A stretch of DNA of 64,000 bases. It comes from Deltaproteobacteria bacterium. Its GTDB lineage: Bacteria; Myxococcota; Kuafuiibacteriia; Kuafuiibacteriales; Kuafuiibacteriaceae. The stretch is taken from contig JAVJQW010000017.1 of NCBI GenBank assembly GCA_040218735.1, positions 192,001-256,000 of the forward strand, in the 5' to 3' direction. How positions within the stretch are numbered: position 1 is the first letter of the stretch; each line of letters starts with the position of its first letter. Of this stretch, positions 38,280-47,276 are shown in pieces. A program made the translations under genes and the position numbers. The notes below the pieces were generated by a model that saw only the letters and a program-made list of their open reading frames with translations, was not told the origin of the DNA and made no database searches.

Positions 38280-39464
38280 TCAGGATCCCTTCTTCGCCCG
38301 CGCTTCGGCGGCCAGCTTCACGACCTTCTCGGCCGCGTCGAGCATGTTGTCGGCCGAGACGAGCGCGAGGCCCGACTCCGCCAGCATCTTCTTGCCGAGC
38401 TCCACGTTCGTGCCCTCGAGCCGCACCACGACCGGCACCTCGATCGACGACTCACGCGCCGCTCGGATGACGCCGTCCGCGATGACGTCGCACTTCATGA
38501 TCCCGCCGAAGATGTTCACGAGCACCGCCTCGACCTTCGGGTCGCGCAGGATGATCGTGAACGCCGCCTTCACCTTCTCCGCCGTGGCGCCGCCGCCGAC
38601 GTCCAGGAAGTTCGCCGGCTCGCCGCCGCAGTGTTTGATGATGTCCATCGTGGCCATCGCCAGGCCGGCGCCGTTCACCATGCAACCCACGTTGCCGTCG
38701 AGCGCGATGTACGAGAGGTCGTAGCGCTTCGCCTCCGTCTCCTTGGGGTCCTCTTCGTCGAGGTCCCGCAGCTCGGTGATGTCCGAGTGCCTGAAGAGCG
38801 CGTTGTCGTCGAAGTTCATCTTCGCGTCGAGCGCGAGGAGGTCGCCGTCCTTCGTGATGATCAACGGGTTGATCTCCACGATCGACGCGTCGAGCTCCAC
38901 GTACGCGCGGTACAGCGCCATGCACAGCTTCGTCGCCTTGCCGACGAGCTTGGCGTCGAGCCCCATCCCGAACACGAGGCGACGCACCTGGTTCGGCATC
39001 AGGCCAGTCACCGGATCGACCGCGACCTTGTGGATCTTCTCCGGGGTCTTTGCCGCGACCTCCTCGATGTCCATGCCGCCCTCGCTGGACGCCATCAGCA
39101 CCACGCGCTTCGTCGCGCGGTCGAGGACGAGGCCCATGTAGAGCTCCTTCTCGATCGCGACGCCCTCCTCGACGAGGAGACGCTTGACCTCCTGCCCCTC
39201 GGGGTCGGTCTGGTGCGTCACGAGCGTCATGCCGAGCATCTCGGCGGCCTTCGCCTTGGCCTCGTCGACCGACGGCACCACCTTGACGCCTCCGCCCTTG
39301 CCGCGGCCGCCCGCGTGGATCTGAGCCTTCACGACGACGGGCGTCGTCCCGAGGCTCTTGGCGACCTCGTAGGCCTGCTCCGGTGACGTCGCCAGACGCC
39401 CGGCGGGCGTGGGGACACCGAACTTCTGGAGGAGCTCTTTGGCTTGGTATTCGTGGATCTTCAT
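38280..39464 (-). CDS. sucC: Succinyl-CoA synthetase beta subunit
   Basis: [41 protein letters not shown]. Confidence 0.97.
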   Translation of the reverse strand: MKIHEYQAKELLQKFGVPTPAGRLATSPEQAYEVAKSLGTTPVVVKAQIHAGGRGKGGGVKVVPSVDEAKAKAAEMLGMTLVTHQTDPEGQEVKRLLVEEGVAIEKELYMGLVLDRATKRVVLMASSEGGMDIEEVAAKTPEKIHKVAVDPVTGLMPNQVRRLVFGMGLDAKLVGKATKLCMALYRAYVELDASIVEINPLIITKDGDLLALDAKMNFDDNALFRHSDITELRDLDEEDPKETEAKRYDLSYIALDGNVGCMVNGAGLAMATMDIIKHCGGEPANFLDVGGGATAEKVKAAFTIILRDPKVEAVLVNIFGGIMKCDVIADGVIRAARESSIEVPVVVRLEGTNVELGKKMLAESGLALVSADNMLDAAEKVVKLAAEARAKKGS

Positions 39465-39524
39465 GAGCGCTTTTGGGCCTTCGGGAGGCCTTCTACGCCG
39501 TCACGGCGCGTCGAGCAACCGCGC

Positions 39525-40835
39525 TCAGAAGAAGACGTGGGACAGCGCCACCGCCGCGGTGATCCCCGTGAGATCCGCCGCCAGACACGACAAGACGGTG
39601 TAGCGCGAGGCGCGTACGCCGATCGCCCCGAAGTACACCGCGAGCACGTAGAACGTGGTCTCGGTGCTCCCGCTCATCGTGCTGACCACGAACGACGCGA
39701 AGCTGTTCGGCCCCGTCGTCTTCATGGTCTCCGTGACGACCCCGAGGGCGCCGCTGCCGGAGAGCGGGCGGATGATCGCCATCGGTAGCGCCTCGGGCGG
39801 GAAGCCCAGCGGCCCGAGGATGGGCGTGAGCCCGGAGACGATCCACTCCATCGCGCCGCTCCCGCGGAACATCCCGATCGCCACGAGGATCGCGACCAGG
39901 AACGGGATCACCATGACGCCCACCTCGAAACCCTGCTTCGCGCCGCGCACGACCGACTCGTAGACGCGGATCTTCTTCACGAAGCCCACCAGGAGGATCG
40001 CCACGAGGAGGATCGGCAGGATCCAGTCGGCGGAGAGGACCTTGATGACGTCGAGGACCGACTCCGTCGCGACCTGGCGGTTCACTTCGCTGCCGAGCCC
40101 GAACGCGAGCACCCCCACCACGAGCATCGCGAGGATCAGGCGAACAGGGTGGCTGTGGGTGGTCTCGGACGCGAGCTTTTCGGCGTCGCCGAGGCCCTTG
40201 ATGTCGGCGGCGTCCTTCACCTCGCCCGCCTCCACGTCGCCGTACTTGTCGGCGGCGAAGAAGCCGAGGTTTTGGAGCGTCTTCGCGACGATGATCCCCA
40301 CGACCGTCGAGCACATCGTCGCGAGGATCGTCGGGAAGAAGATGCCCGTCGCGTTGTCGGCGCCCATCGCGGCGCGCACCGCGATCGCGCCGGTGGGGAG
40401 CACCGCGACGCCCGAGGTGTTGATCGTGAGGAACAGGCACATCGCGTTCGTCGCGACGCCCGGGCGATCGTTGAGCTTGTTCAGCTCGATCATCGCCTTG
40501 ATGCCGAACGGCGTCGCGGCGTTGGTCAGGCCCATCATGTTGGCCGCGATGTTCATGATCATCGCGCCGAGCGCGGGGTGGTCCTCCGGGATGTCGGGGA
40601 ACAGACGCGACATCACCGGCTTCAGCGCGCGCGCGATCGCGCCCATCATCCCGGCGTCCTGCAGGATCTGAAAGACGCCGAGCCACAGCGCCATCTGGCC
40701 GATCAGGCTGATCGAGATGTCGACGGCGGTCTTCGCCATCGCGATGGACTGCGCCGAGACCTCGCCCATGGTGCCGGCGAGGGCGCCCGTCACGGTGGCG
40801 ACGAGGATCAGTCCGAGGAAGAGCCAGTTGAGCAA
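39525..40835 (-). CDS. SpmA/SpmB fusion (nucleoside-recognition/Gate domain membrane protein)
   Basis: LFPDIP..HPA, ANMMGL.NAATPFGIKAM, RPLSGSGA, GSTETTFYVLAVYFG. Confidence 0.9.
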   Translation of the reverse strand: MLNWLFLGLILVATVTGALAGTMGEVSAQSIAMAKTAVDISISLIGQMALWLGVFQILQDAGMMGAIARALKPVMSRLFPDIPEDHPALGAMIMNIAANMMGLTNAATPFGIKAMIELNKLNDRPGVATNAMCLFLTINTSGVAVLPTGAIAVRAAMGADNATGIFFPTILATMCSTVVGIIVAKTLQNLGFFAADKYGDVEAGEVKDAADIKGLGDAEKLASETTHSHPVRLILAMLVVGVLAFGLGSEVNRQVATESVLDVIKVLSADWILPILLVAILLVGFVKKIRVYESVVRGAKQGFEVGVMVIPFLVAILVAIGMFRGSGAMEWIVSGLTPILGPLGFPPEALPMAIIRPLSGSGALGVVTETMKTTGPNSFASFVVSTMSGSTETTFYVLAVYFGAIGVRASRYTVLSCLAADLTGITAAVALSHVFF

Positions 40836-40850
40836 GGTGGCCTACATAGC

Positions 40851-40889
40851 AAAAAAGCCCCCCTGGTGTTTCGACCAGGAGGGCTTCTT
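40851..40889 (-). terminator. Rho-independent terminator after the TRL-like gene
   Basis: Minus strand GCCCTCCTGGT-loop-ACCAGGGGGGC followed by T6; a second hairpin at 40897-40920. Confidence 0.8.
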
Positions 40890-40938
40890 CGCGGTCAGCA
40901 CCCCCTGGGCAGGAGGTGCTCACTCGACTCTGCGGTGA

Positions 40939-41280
40939 TTACTGCGCGACCTGCGCGGCAACCGTCGTGCAGTACTTGCCGTACAGCCCGAGGATGTTGA
41001 GCGTCGGGTGGTCGACCGCGACGTTCTTCAGGGTCTTGCCCTCAGCGCCAGCCGCCTTGAGCGCCGCGTCGATCGACCAGTCGCCCAGCGCGATCGCGCC
41101 GAGGATGCTCATCGAGCACGACTCACCGCTGATGGCCGAGCCGCCGGGGTTCGTCGTCAGGCCAGTCTGGAAGCTGCCCGGGTGCTTCACGCTGGTGAAC
41201 AGCACGCCCGAGGGGCCAGCCGCACAGCCAACGACAACGAGAAACGCAGCAACGGCAACAAAAGCGAGTACCTTCTTCAT
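40939..41280 (-). CDS. TRL-like family lipoprotein
   Basis: Lipobox VVVGC; GESC..SILG.IA.GD.SI.AA...ILG.Y.K.CT.V; AGGAG RBS. Confidence 0.82.
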   Translation of the reverse strand: MKKVLAFVAVAAFLVVVGCAAGPSGVLFTSVKHPGSFQTGLTTNPGGSAISGESCSMSILGAIALGDWSIDAALKAAGAEGKTLKNVAVDHPTLNILGLYGKYCTTVAAQVAQ

Positions 41281-41573
41281 CCCAATCTCCTAGTTTGATT
41301 CAGTTCGACGTCGAACGATTGAAGGATCCGCCCTTTCGCGTGACGGAGCCCCGTATGGCTGAGAAGTACGTCGTACGTATCGAAAACCTTCCTTCGCTCC
41401 GATACGACGATGCGACCCCCCCTCCGAATTGGGGGCGTCAATAACGTGCTTAAGCGTCGGCGTCTACCGCCCCACCCGAAAAAAGTTCGCGACGTGGGCC
41501 TCACGTCCCTGTCCTTCAGGAAAGGCCACAGAGCGCTCCAAACAGCCCAAAGGCGGCAAAATGCGGGGAGAGG

Positions 41574-42428
41574 ATGAACGAACGACGCGCCCTCGCCTCC
41601 GTGCACCTCGGCGTCTTGATGTTCGGACTGGCCGCGCTGGTCGGCAAGATCGTCGACACGGATCCGATCCGGATCGTGTGGTGGCGGAGCCTGTTCGCCG
41701 CGATCGCGATCGCGGCGGCGATCCTCTTCGCGGATCGTCGCATCGTTCGTCCGAAGCGGATCGGATCGCTGTTCGTGCTCGGCGCGATCCTCGCGGCGCA
41801 CTGGATCACTTTCTTCGCCGCGATGCGGATCGCGTCGGTGACGATCGGGCTCCTCGGCTTCGCGACCTTCCCCGTGTTCGTCGCGTGGATCGAACCGTGG
41901 CTCGTACCGGGTGAGCGCTTTCGCCTCTCGTCGGTCGCGCTCGCCGTCGTCGCCGCAAGCGGAGTTGCGCTGCTGGTGCCGTCCTTCGATCTCACCGACA
42001 CGTTCACACTCGGCGCCGCAACCGGCGTGCTGTCCGGTTTGCTCTACGCGATCGTCGTGACCACGAACCGACGCCTCGTCGCCGACACCTCCGCGCTCGA
42101 GCTCGGCCTCTGGCAGAACGCGGCCGCAGTCGTGTGGCTCACGCCGTTCAACCTCGGCGTGATCGTCGGCCTACCAACCGTTCGGGATCTCGGTCTCCTG
42201 CTCCTGCTCGGCGTCGTGCTCACCGGCTTCGCGCACGTGCTGTTCGTGCACGGAATGCAAAAGGTGTCGGCGCGCAACGCGAGCATCATCGGGTTGCTCG
42301 AACCGGTGTACGGCGTCGCGGCCGCGAGCCTGCTCTTGGGCGAGCGCGCCGCGCTCCATACTTATGTCGGTGGCGTGGTGATCCTCGCGGCGGTCACGGT
42401 CGCGTCGCGCACGAAGGTCAACGCTTGA
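41574..42428 (+). CDS. EamA/DMT family transporter
   Basis: About ten TM helices; GAILAAHW.TFF.A, LEPVYG...A. Confidence 0.92.
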   Translation: MNERRALASVHLGVLMFGLAALVGKIVDTDPIRIVWWRSLFAAIAIAAAILFADRRIVRPKRIGSLFVLGAILAAHWITFFAAMRIASVTIGLLGFATFPVFVAWIEPWLVPGERFRLSSVALAVVAASGVALLVPSFDLTDTFTLGAATGVLSGLLYAIVVTTNRRLVADTSALELGLWQNAAAVVWLTPFNLGVIVGLPTVRDLGLLLLLGVVLTGFAHVLFVHGMQKVSARNASIIGLLEPVYGVAAASLLLGERAALHTYVGGVVILAAVTVASRTKVNA

Positions 42429-42648
42429 GCTGCTCGGTGCGCCGCAGCGCCTCGCCGTCCGGTCCGTACTCCACGATCGAGCGATGGTCGCCCGTCGTCG
42501 TGGCAACGACGCGCACGATCGGGACGAGGCCCGCCTTCGTCTTCACGTAGTGCATGTCGCGCGGCACGTCCGCGATCGGTCGTTCCATCACGACCTTCTG
42601 TGTGTTGCCGTCGACGTAGACGATCTTGCCCGGGTGTTTGGTGGCCAT
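42418..42648 (-). CDS. 76-aa hypothetical protein, candidate immunity protein
   Basis: Hidden at the end of a shadow ORF: MATKHPGKIVYVDG...RTEQLKR; TGATG overlap with the upstream large gene, GGAG RBS. Confidence 0.75.
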   Translation of the reverse strand: MATKHPGKIVYVDGNTQKVVMERPIADVPRDMHYVKTKAGLVPIVRVVATTTGDHRSIVEYGPDGEALRRTEQLKR

Positions 42649-45600
42649 CAGGGTGCTCCGTGGATCGTGTCGAGGATAGCAAACCTCTCGGGCATCAACG
42701 CACGCAGCTCCGCTTCGCGCGGCGTCCCCAGGACGTCGAGGTACACGGCGTAGGTCTCCGCGAAGTCCTCCTGCGGGTTCTGGCTCGCGTACCGTGAGAC
42801 ACCCGTCGTGTCGGCGTCGATCGCATCGCGCCACGGCTCCCAGTTCGTATCGTTCGAGTTGTAGCCCCAACGACCTTGGGACTCGAAGTGTCCGATCTCG
42901 TGCGCGAACGACGACGCCAGCGTGTTCTGGTAGTGCGACGGGCTCGGGTACACGTTGATGGTTCGGTTCGGCGTATCGGCGGTCATGTAACTCGTGAAGC
43001 CCGGCTCCCCGTAGACGTTCTGCCAGTAGGCGTCGGACGGGTTCGGCGCCGACTCGATCACCACACGATCCACCTGCTGCAGCGCCTCCGGCGGGAGGCG
43101 CGCGAGGCCGTCCGCGATCTCGTCGATCGTGGGCTGGCGCTGGCCGTTCGGCGCCGTCCGGTTGTTGATGACGACCTCGACCTGCTGACCGTGCACGTCG
43201 ACGGTGTAGCTCGTCGCGGTGTCGGAGCCGCCGCGGAACGGGTAGCGCCCGATCGTGGTCGGCATCGACACGTTGGGGCTGACGCCCGGCGGCCGCGCGT
43301 GGTTGTTCATGCCCTCGTTGACCTGCGGGAGACCACGCGGGTCGGCGAGGAAGGCTTCGAGCTCGACGCGCTGCTGGTTCGCGTCGTACCCGCGCCATTC
43401 GCGAGACGTGACCATGTCGTGCAGCGCCTGGCGAACCGGCCGCGAGATCTGCGGATTCTCGCCGCCGATGAGGTCGAGCAGTCGCGTCTGCTCGGCCGCG
43501 TCGAGCCGCGCGAACCCGTCCGTGCCCACGACGTCCGCGACTTGCGCGCGGAAGGCGCCGTGCCCCGGATCGAGATCGAGGTAGCGCTGCCGCACGTCGA
43601 CATCGAGGTCGCCCCAGCGCTCGACGAGGCGCTGCTTCGCCCGCGGGGACAGCGCATCGAACTCCGGAGTCCGGGCCAACGCGTCGAAGGACTCGAGGTT
43701 GTCGTCGAGGAACGTGCGGCGCTGCGCAGGCGTGAGATCCTGGAACGCCTCCGAGCGCGCGAGGTAACCAGCGACATCGTCCGGCAAGTCTTGTTGCAGA
43801 CGCCGCGCGGACGTGGCGTCGACCTGGTCGAAGAGCGCCGCGGTGCGACGCCCCTCGAGATCGAAGGGTCGTGCGTTCGTCGCCGCGCCCACGCCCCAGA
43901 AGCCGACGGACAACGCGAGGTTCGCGCGCTCCGCGCCCGACAGGTCGTCCCACTCGGTGAGGAGCGTGTAGCCGGCGTTGCCGGCGGCCGCCGCGTCGAG
44001 CGCGCCCGCCCCGACGCGTAGGAAACTCGCCGCCGTCGCGCCGCTCGCCGCGTAGCGACTGCCGGTGTTCACGAGGCGCCCTGCAACCCCGGTTGCACCG
44101 AGCGATGCGATGGAGAGCGCGCCGGCCCCGACGTCGAGCCACGCGGCGCGCGCGGCGGGGTCTTCCAGCGGGTTCACCGACTGACCGTGCTGGTAGCGAT
44201 CGTAGAGCTGATCCGCGCTGCGGTAGACCTGCCACGACGCCGCCGCACCCACGACGACGGGCGCGAGCGTCCCGCCCGAACCGAGGATGATCGCACCGCC
44301 CGCGATCGTGCCGCCGACGAGCGACGCCGTATCGAGGAACGCCGAGATGCGCTCACCGGGGGTGTCGATCGTGTTCGGCGTGTTGCGCGTCGCGAGCGTG
44401 ACCTTCTCGTCGAGGTGCCCGTCCTGCGGGTACGTGACGTTGCCCGGCGGGAGGACGTTGTTCTTCTTCCAGTCGTCGAAGTCGTCGTAGACGCGACCGA
44501 CGTTGTCGACGAAGCGCTCCGCCCCGGTGTCCTCGTCGACGACGCGGAACAGCGGGAGCTCGACCGTCCCGACGCCGTCCGCGGCGAACTGGATCGGGAG
44601 CACCGTGACCTCGGGGTCGTCGCCGCCGACGCTCCGGATCGCGTCGGCGACGGGCTCGACGACCTCTTGGGCCGGCTCGCCTTCGAACAGCGAGTGATCA
44701 CCGCGCGCCATCGCCTCTTCACGTGCGTCGCGCTCCGCGTCGGTCTCGTCGGGATCGATCCCCTGGGGCGGGAAGCCCATCGCGAACCCGACCGTGTTCT
44801 CGAGGTCGGTGCCGGACAGCTCGACGGGCTCGTCCCCGCGGAGGTCTTCGTACTGGCGCGCGGTGTCGGCGAACTCGTCGAAGACGATCGTCGGTACGTC
44901 GTAGACCGAGCTCTCGCTGGTGAAGAGGTCGCGGTCCCACTCCGGGTTGGCCTGCACGCGCGCGAGGTTCTCGAGGCGGCCCTCGTAGGTGAGGTCCTCG
45001 GAGAAGAGGTACTCACGGCCTTGCCCGCTGTCGAAGATCCCCTGGAGCCGCTCCGTCTCGGACGCGGCGAGCTCGGCGTCGTCCGGGTGCCAGTGCGTCG
45101 CGATCGCTTCGGCGAGCTCGTCGGCGACGAAGCCATCCTGCTCGCGGAGATCCTCGCGCGTGGCGGTGGCGAACGCCGCGTCGACCACGGCGGCGGTGGC
45201 CTCGGTCGGCTCGCCGTCGTTGATGGCGTGCAGGAGGAGCCCCTGCGACTGCGCGACGTCGTAGTTGCTCGCGGCACTACCGAAGGACGTCGTGACGCTG
45301 CTCGTCTCGCGCCCGAGCGATCCCATCAGCGACGCGGCGTCCTCGGGCCCGAGGTTCTCGATGAGCTCACGACGCCCCTCGTCCGTGCCGGCCGCGATGA
45401 CCGCGTGGCTGGCGAAGGTGGCGGCGAGGCCCCGCTCCGAGACCGAGTTGCCGATCGATCCGTCGAAGAGCCCCTCCTCCAACTCGATCGACTGGCGCGC
45501 GAGCGCCTCGCTGACCGGGGCCTGAAGCTCCGGATCGTCGAGCGAACCGTAGGCGAGCTCGTCGATCGCCCAGTAGTTCGTCTGGCGGTCGTAGTAGTCC

Positions 45601-46055
45601 GCGTCGAGATCCGACCAGCGGTCGATCGCGAGATCGAGGAGGTAGGCCTGCTCGTCCTCGGTGAGCTCGCCGAGCTCGGAGTCACCGCGGACGGCGTCCT
45701 GGATCAGCTCGACCTCTTCGTGGTGATTGCGGTCGGCCAGGTAGTCTTCGTCTTCGAGCGCCTGGTCGAACGCTTCGATCTCGTCACGGCGCTCGTCCGA
45801 GATGCTGTCGTCGTCGGACTCGGCGGCCGGCGGGATCTCCGGCTGGCGTGGGATCGGCGCGGGGATCTCGGGCGCGGACGGCGCGGGTCCGCTCGTGACC
45901 TCGAAGCGATCCCCCTCGTCGACGGCCGTCGGCGCTGCGGAGGTCGGTGCTGCGGAGGTCGGCGACGCGCTCGGCGCCGTCGTGGTCTCTTCGCGCTCGA
46001 CGGTGTTCTCGCGGACGCGTTCGGCGACGCGGCCGGCGATCTTCGAAAGGCCCAC
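42648..46055 (-). CDS. DUF4781-like domain protein with C-terminal zincin metalloprotease (candidate polymorphic toxin)
   Basis: LPLFRV...FVDNVGRVY..F.DW...N.LP.G...YP.DG, then hydrophobic helices; C-terminal FAHEIGH ... SRYA..NP.EDFAET. Start GTG 46055 inferred. Confidence 0.8.
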   Translation of the reverse strand: MGLSKIAGRVAERVRENTVEREETTTAPSASPTSAAPTSAAPTAVDEGDRFEVTSGPAPSAPEIPAPIPRQPEIPPAAESDDDSISDERRDEIEAFDQALEDEDYLADRNHHEEVELIQDAVRGDSELGELTEDEQAYLLDLAIDRWSDLDADYYDRQTNYWAIDELAYGSLDDPELQAPVSEALARQSIELEEGLFDGSIGNSVSERGLAATFASHAVIAAGTDEGRRELIENLGPEDAASLMGSLGRETSSVTTSFGSAASNYDVAQSQGLLLHAINDGEPTEATAAVVDAAFATATREDLREQDGFVADELAEAIATHWHPDDAELAASETERLQGIFDSGQGREYLFSEDLTYEGRLENLARVQANPEWDRDLFTSESSVYDVPTIVFDEFADTARQYEDLRGDEPVELSGTDLENTVGFAMGFPPQGIDPDETDAERDAREEAMARGDHSLFEGEPAQEVVEPVADAIRSVGGDDPEVTVLPIQFAADGVGTVELPLFRVVDEDTGAERFVDNVGRVYDDFDDWKKNNVLPPGNVTYPQDGHLDEKVTLATRNTPNTIDTPGERISAFLDTASLVGGTIAGGAIILGSGGTLAPVVVGAAASWQVYRSADQLYDRYQHGQSVNPLEDPAARAAWLDVGAGALSIASLGATGVAGRLVNTGSRYAASGATAASFLRVGAGALDAAAAGNAGYTLLTEWDDLSGAERANLALSVGFWGVGAATNARPFDLEGRRTAALFDQVDATSARRLQQDLPDDVAGYLARSEAFQDLTPAQRRTFLDDNLESFDALARTPEFDALSPRAKQRLVERWGDLDVDVRQRYLDLDPGHGAFRAQVADVVGTDGFARLDAAEQTRLLDLIGGENPQISRPVRQALHDMVTSREWRGYDANQQRVELEAFLADPRGLPQVNEGMNNHARPPGVSPNVSMPTTIGRYPFRGGSDTATSYTVDVHGQQVEVVINNRTAPNGQRQPTIDEIADGLARLPPEALQQVDRVVIESAPNPSDAYWQNVYGEPGFTSYMTADTPNRTINVYPSPSHYQNTLASSFAHEIGHFESQGRWGYNSNDTNWEPWRDAIDADTTGVSRYASQNPQEDFAETYAVYLDVLGTPREAELRALMPERFAILDTIHGAP

Positions 46056-46067
46056 GCGATCACTGTG

Positions 46068-46083
46068 CGCGCGGGGCAGGCCA
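46068..46083 (-). promoter_or_regulatory. Weak sigma54-like element
   Basis: TGGCCTGCCCCGCGCG (GG-N10-GC), 14 nt before GTG 46055. Confidence 0.35.
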
Positions 46084-46101
46084 CGAGCGATTGCGCGGCG
46101 A

Positions 46102-47211
46102 TTACAGCTGGGTCGCGGTCCCCGCGAGGAGGTGTTCGTGCGGCAGGACCCGGCGGACGATCGCCTCGATGTGCTGCCCGAGCACCTCGGCGGGCTGCGC
46201 CGCCTCCTCACGCGACAGGAGCGCCTGGAACCCGACGGCGCGGCGCGGCTCCGTCGCGAGGAAGCCGCTCCAGTACGCGGACGTGTGGCCTTCCGGCGAA
46301 CGTGTGATCTGCAGGCGACCGGCCGCGGTCGGGATCACGTCGGGCCCCGCAGCCCACGGCACCGGCTCCGGCATGCTCTGCCGCTGCTTCCAGAGGCGAC
46401 GAGGTTGATTTGTCTTCGGGACCTCGGTGAGCGTCATCGTGTGGCTCGGCGACAGCTCGACACGGAGCCCGGCGAACGTCCCGGCGACCTGCGTCGCGAC
46501 CTCGCCCGTCGCCGGCACGCGGAGCTCCGGCGTGAGGTTCTCGAGCTTGCCACTGCCGTTGGGGGCGTTGCCTCCGAACGAGCGCGTGTGGAGGAGGTCG
46601 ATCCCGTGGAGCCCGAGCTGCATCGGATCCATCAGGGCGCCCTCCGGGAAGACACCCGCGACCTGTTCGCGCAGACGTCGCGTCGCGGCCTCCGCGCCCT
46701 CGCCCGGCTGCGCGAACGTGAGCGCGTGGATCTGGAGGAACTTCGACGGCGACTCCGGCGCACGCACCCAGCCGTGCAGCACGATGCGATCGCGGCCGTC
46801 GACCTCGGCGTGCTGCGTGATGCCTTCGGGGTGATCGCGCACGGAGAAGTCGCCCGGGTCCTGAGCCATGAGCTGGTCCACCGTCCACGTGTTCGGCACG
46901 CCGAAGGACGGGTGGATCTGGACGCCGCCCTCGACCACCGATCCGCCGACCTCGATCCTGCCGTTGGTCGGGACGACGTCCGCCCCCGTGCGTACCGGCA
47001 CGCCCGCGATCCGACCGTCGACGACGTAGCGCGCCTCGTTGTTGAGCGGGTGCGACGCCGGGTAGCGAGCGCGATGTTCGGCGAGCGAAGGGTCCGTCCG
47101 ATCCGCGTGCCACGTGCTCGCGTCGGCGGGCGCCGACTCGTGGGGCACCACGGTGAACGCGGGTCGCGATGGGGTGGCCACGGACGAACGTCCGGCGCGG
47201 TCGACGGTCAT
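46102..47211 (-). CDS. Hypothetical protein (369 aa), no signal peptide
   Basis: GC3-biased frame from ATG 47211; low-complexity N-terminus; no family recognised. Confidence 0.65.
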   Translation of the reverse strand: MTVDRAGRSSVATPSRPAFTVVPHESAPADASTWHADRTDPSLAEHRARYPASHPLNNEARYVVDGRIAGVPVRTGADVVPTNGRIEVGGSVVEGGVQIHPSFGVPNTWTVDQLMAQDPGDFSVRDHPEGITQHAEVDGRDRIVLHGWVRAPESPSKFLQIHALTFAQPGEGAEAATRRLREQVAGVFPEGALMDPMQLGLHGIDLLHTRSFGGNAPNGSGKLENLTPELRVPATGEVATQVAGTFAGLRVELSPSHTMTLTEVPKTNQPRRLWKQRQSMPEPVPWAAGPDVIPTAAGRLQITRSPEGHTSAYWSGFLATEPRRAVGFQALLSREEAAQPAEVLGQHIEAIVRRVLPHEHLLAGTATQL

Positions 47212-47276
47212 ATAGGTTTTGTCGGCTGACGGGCGCGCAGCGTCGTTTACGCCGCGCTTACGCGAGGTCGGAGGGC

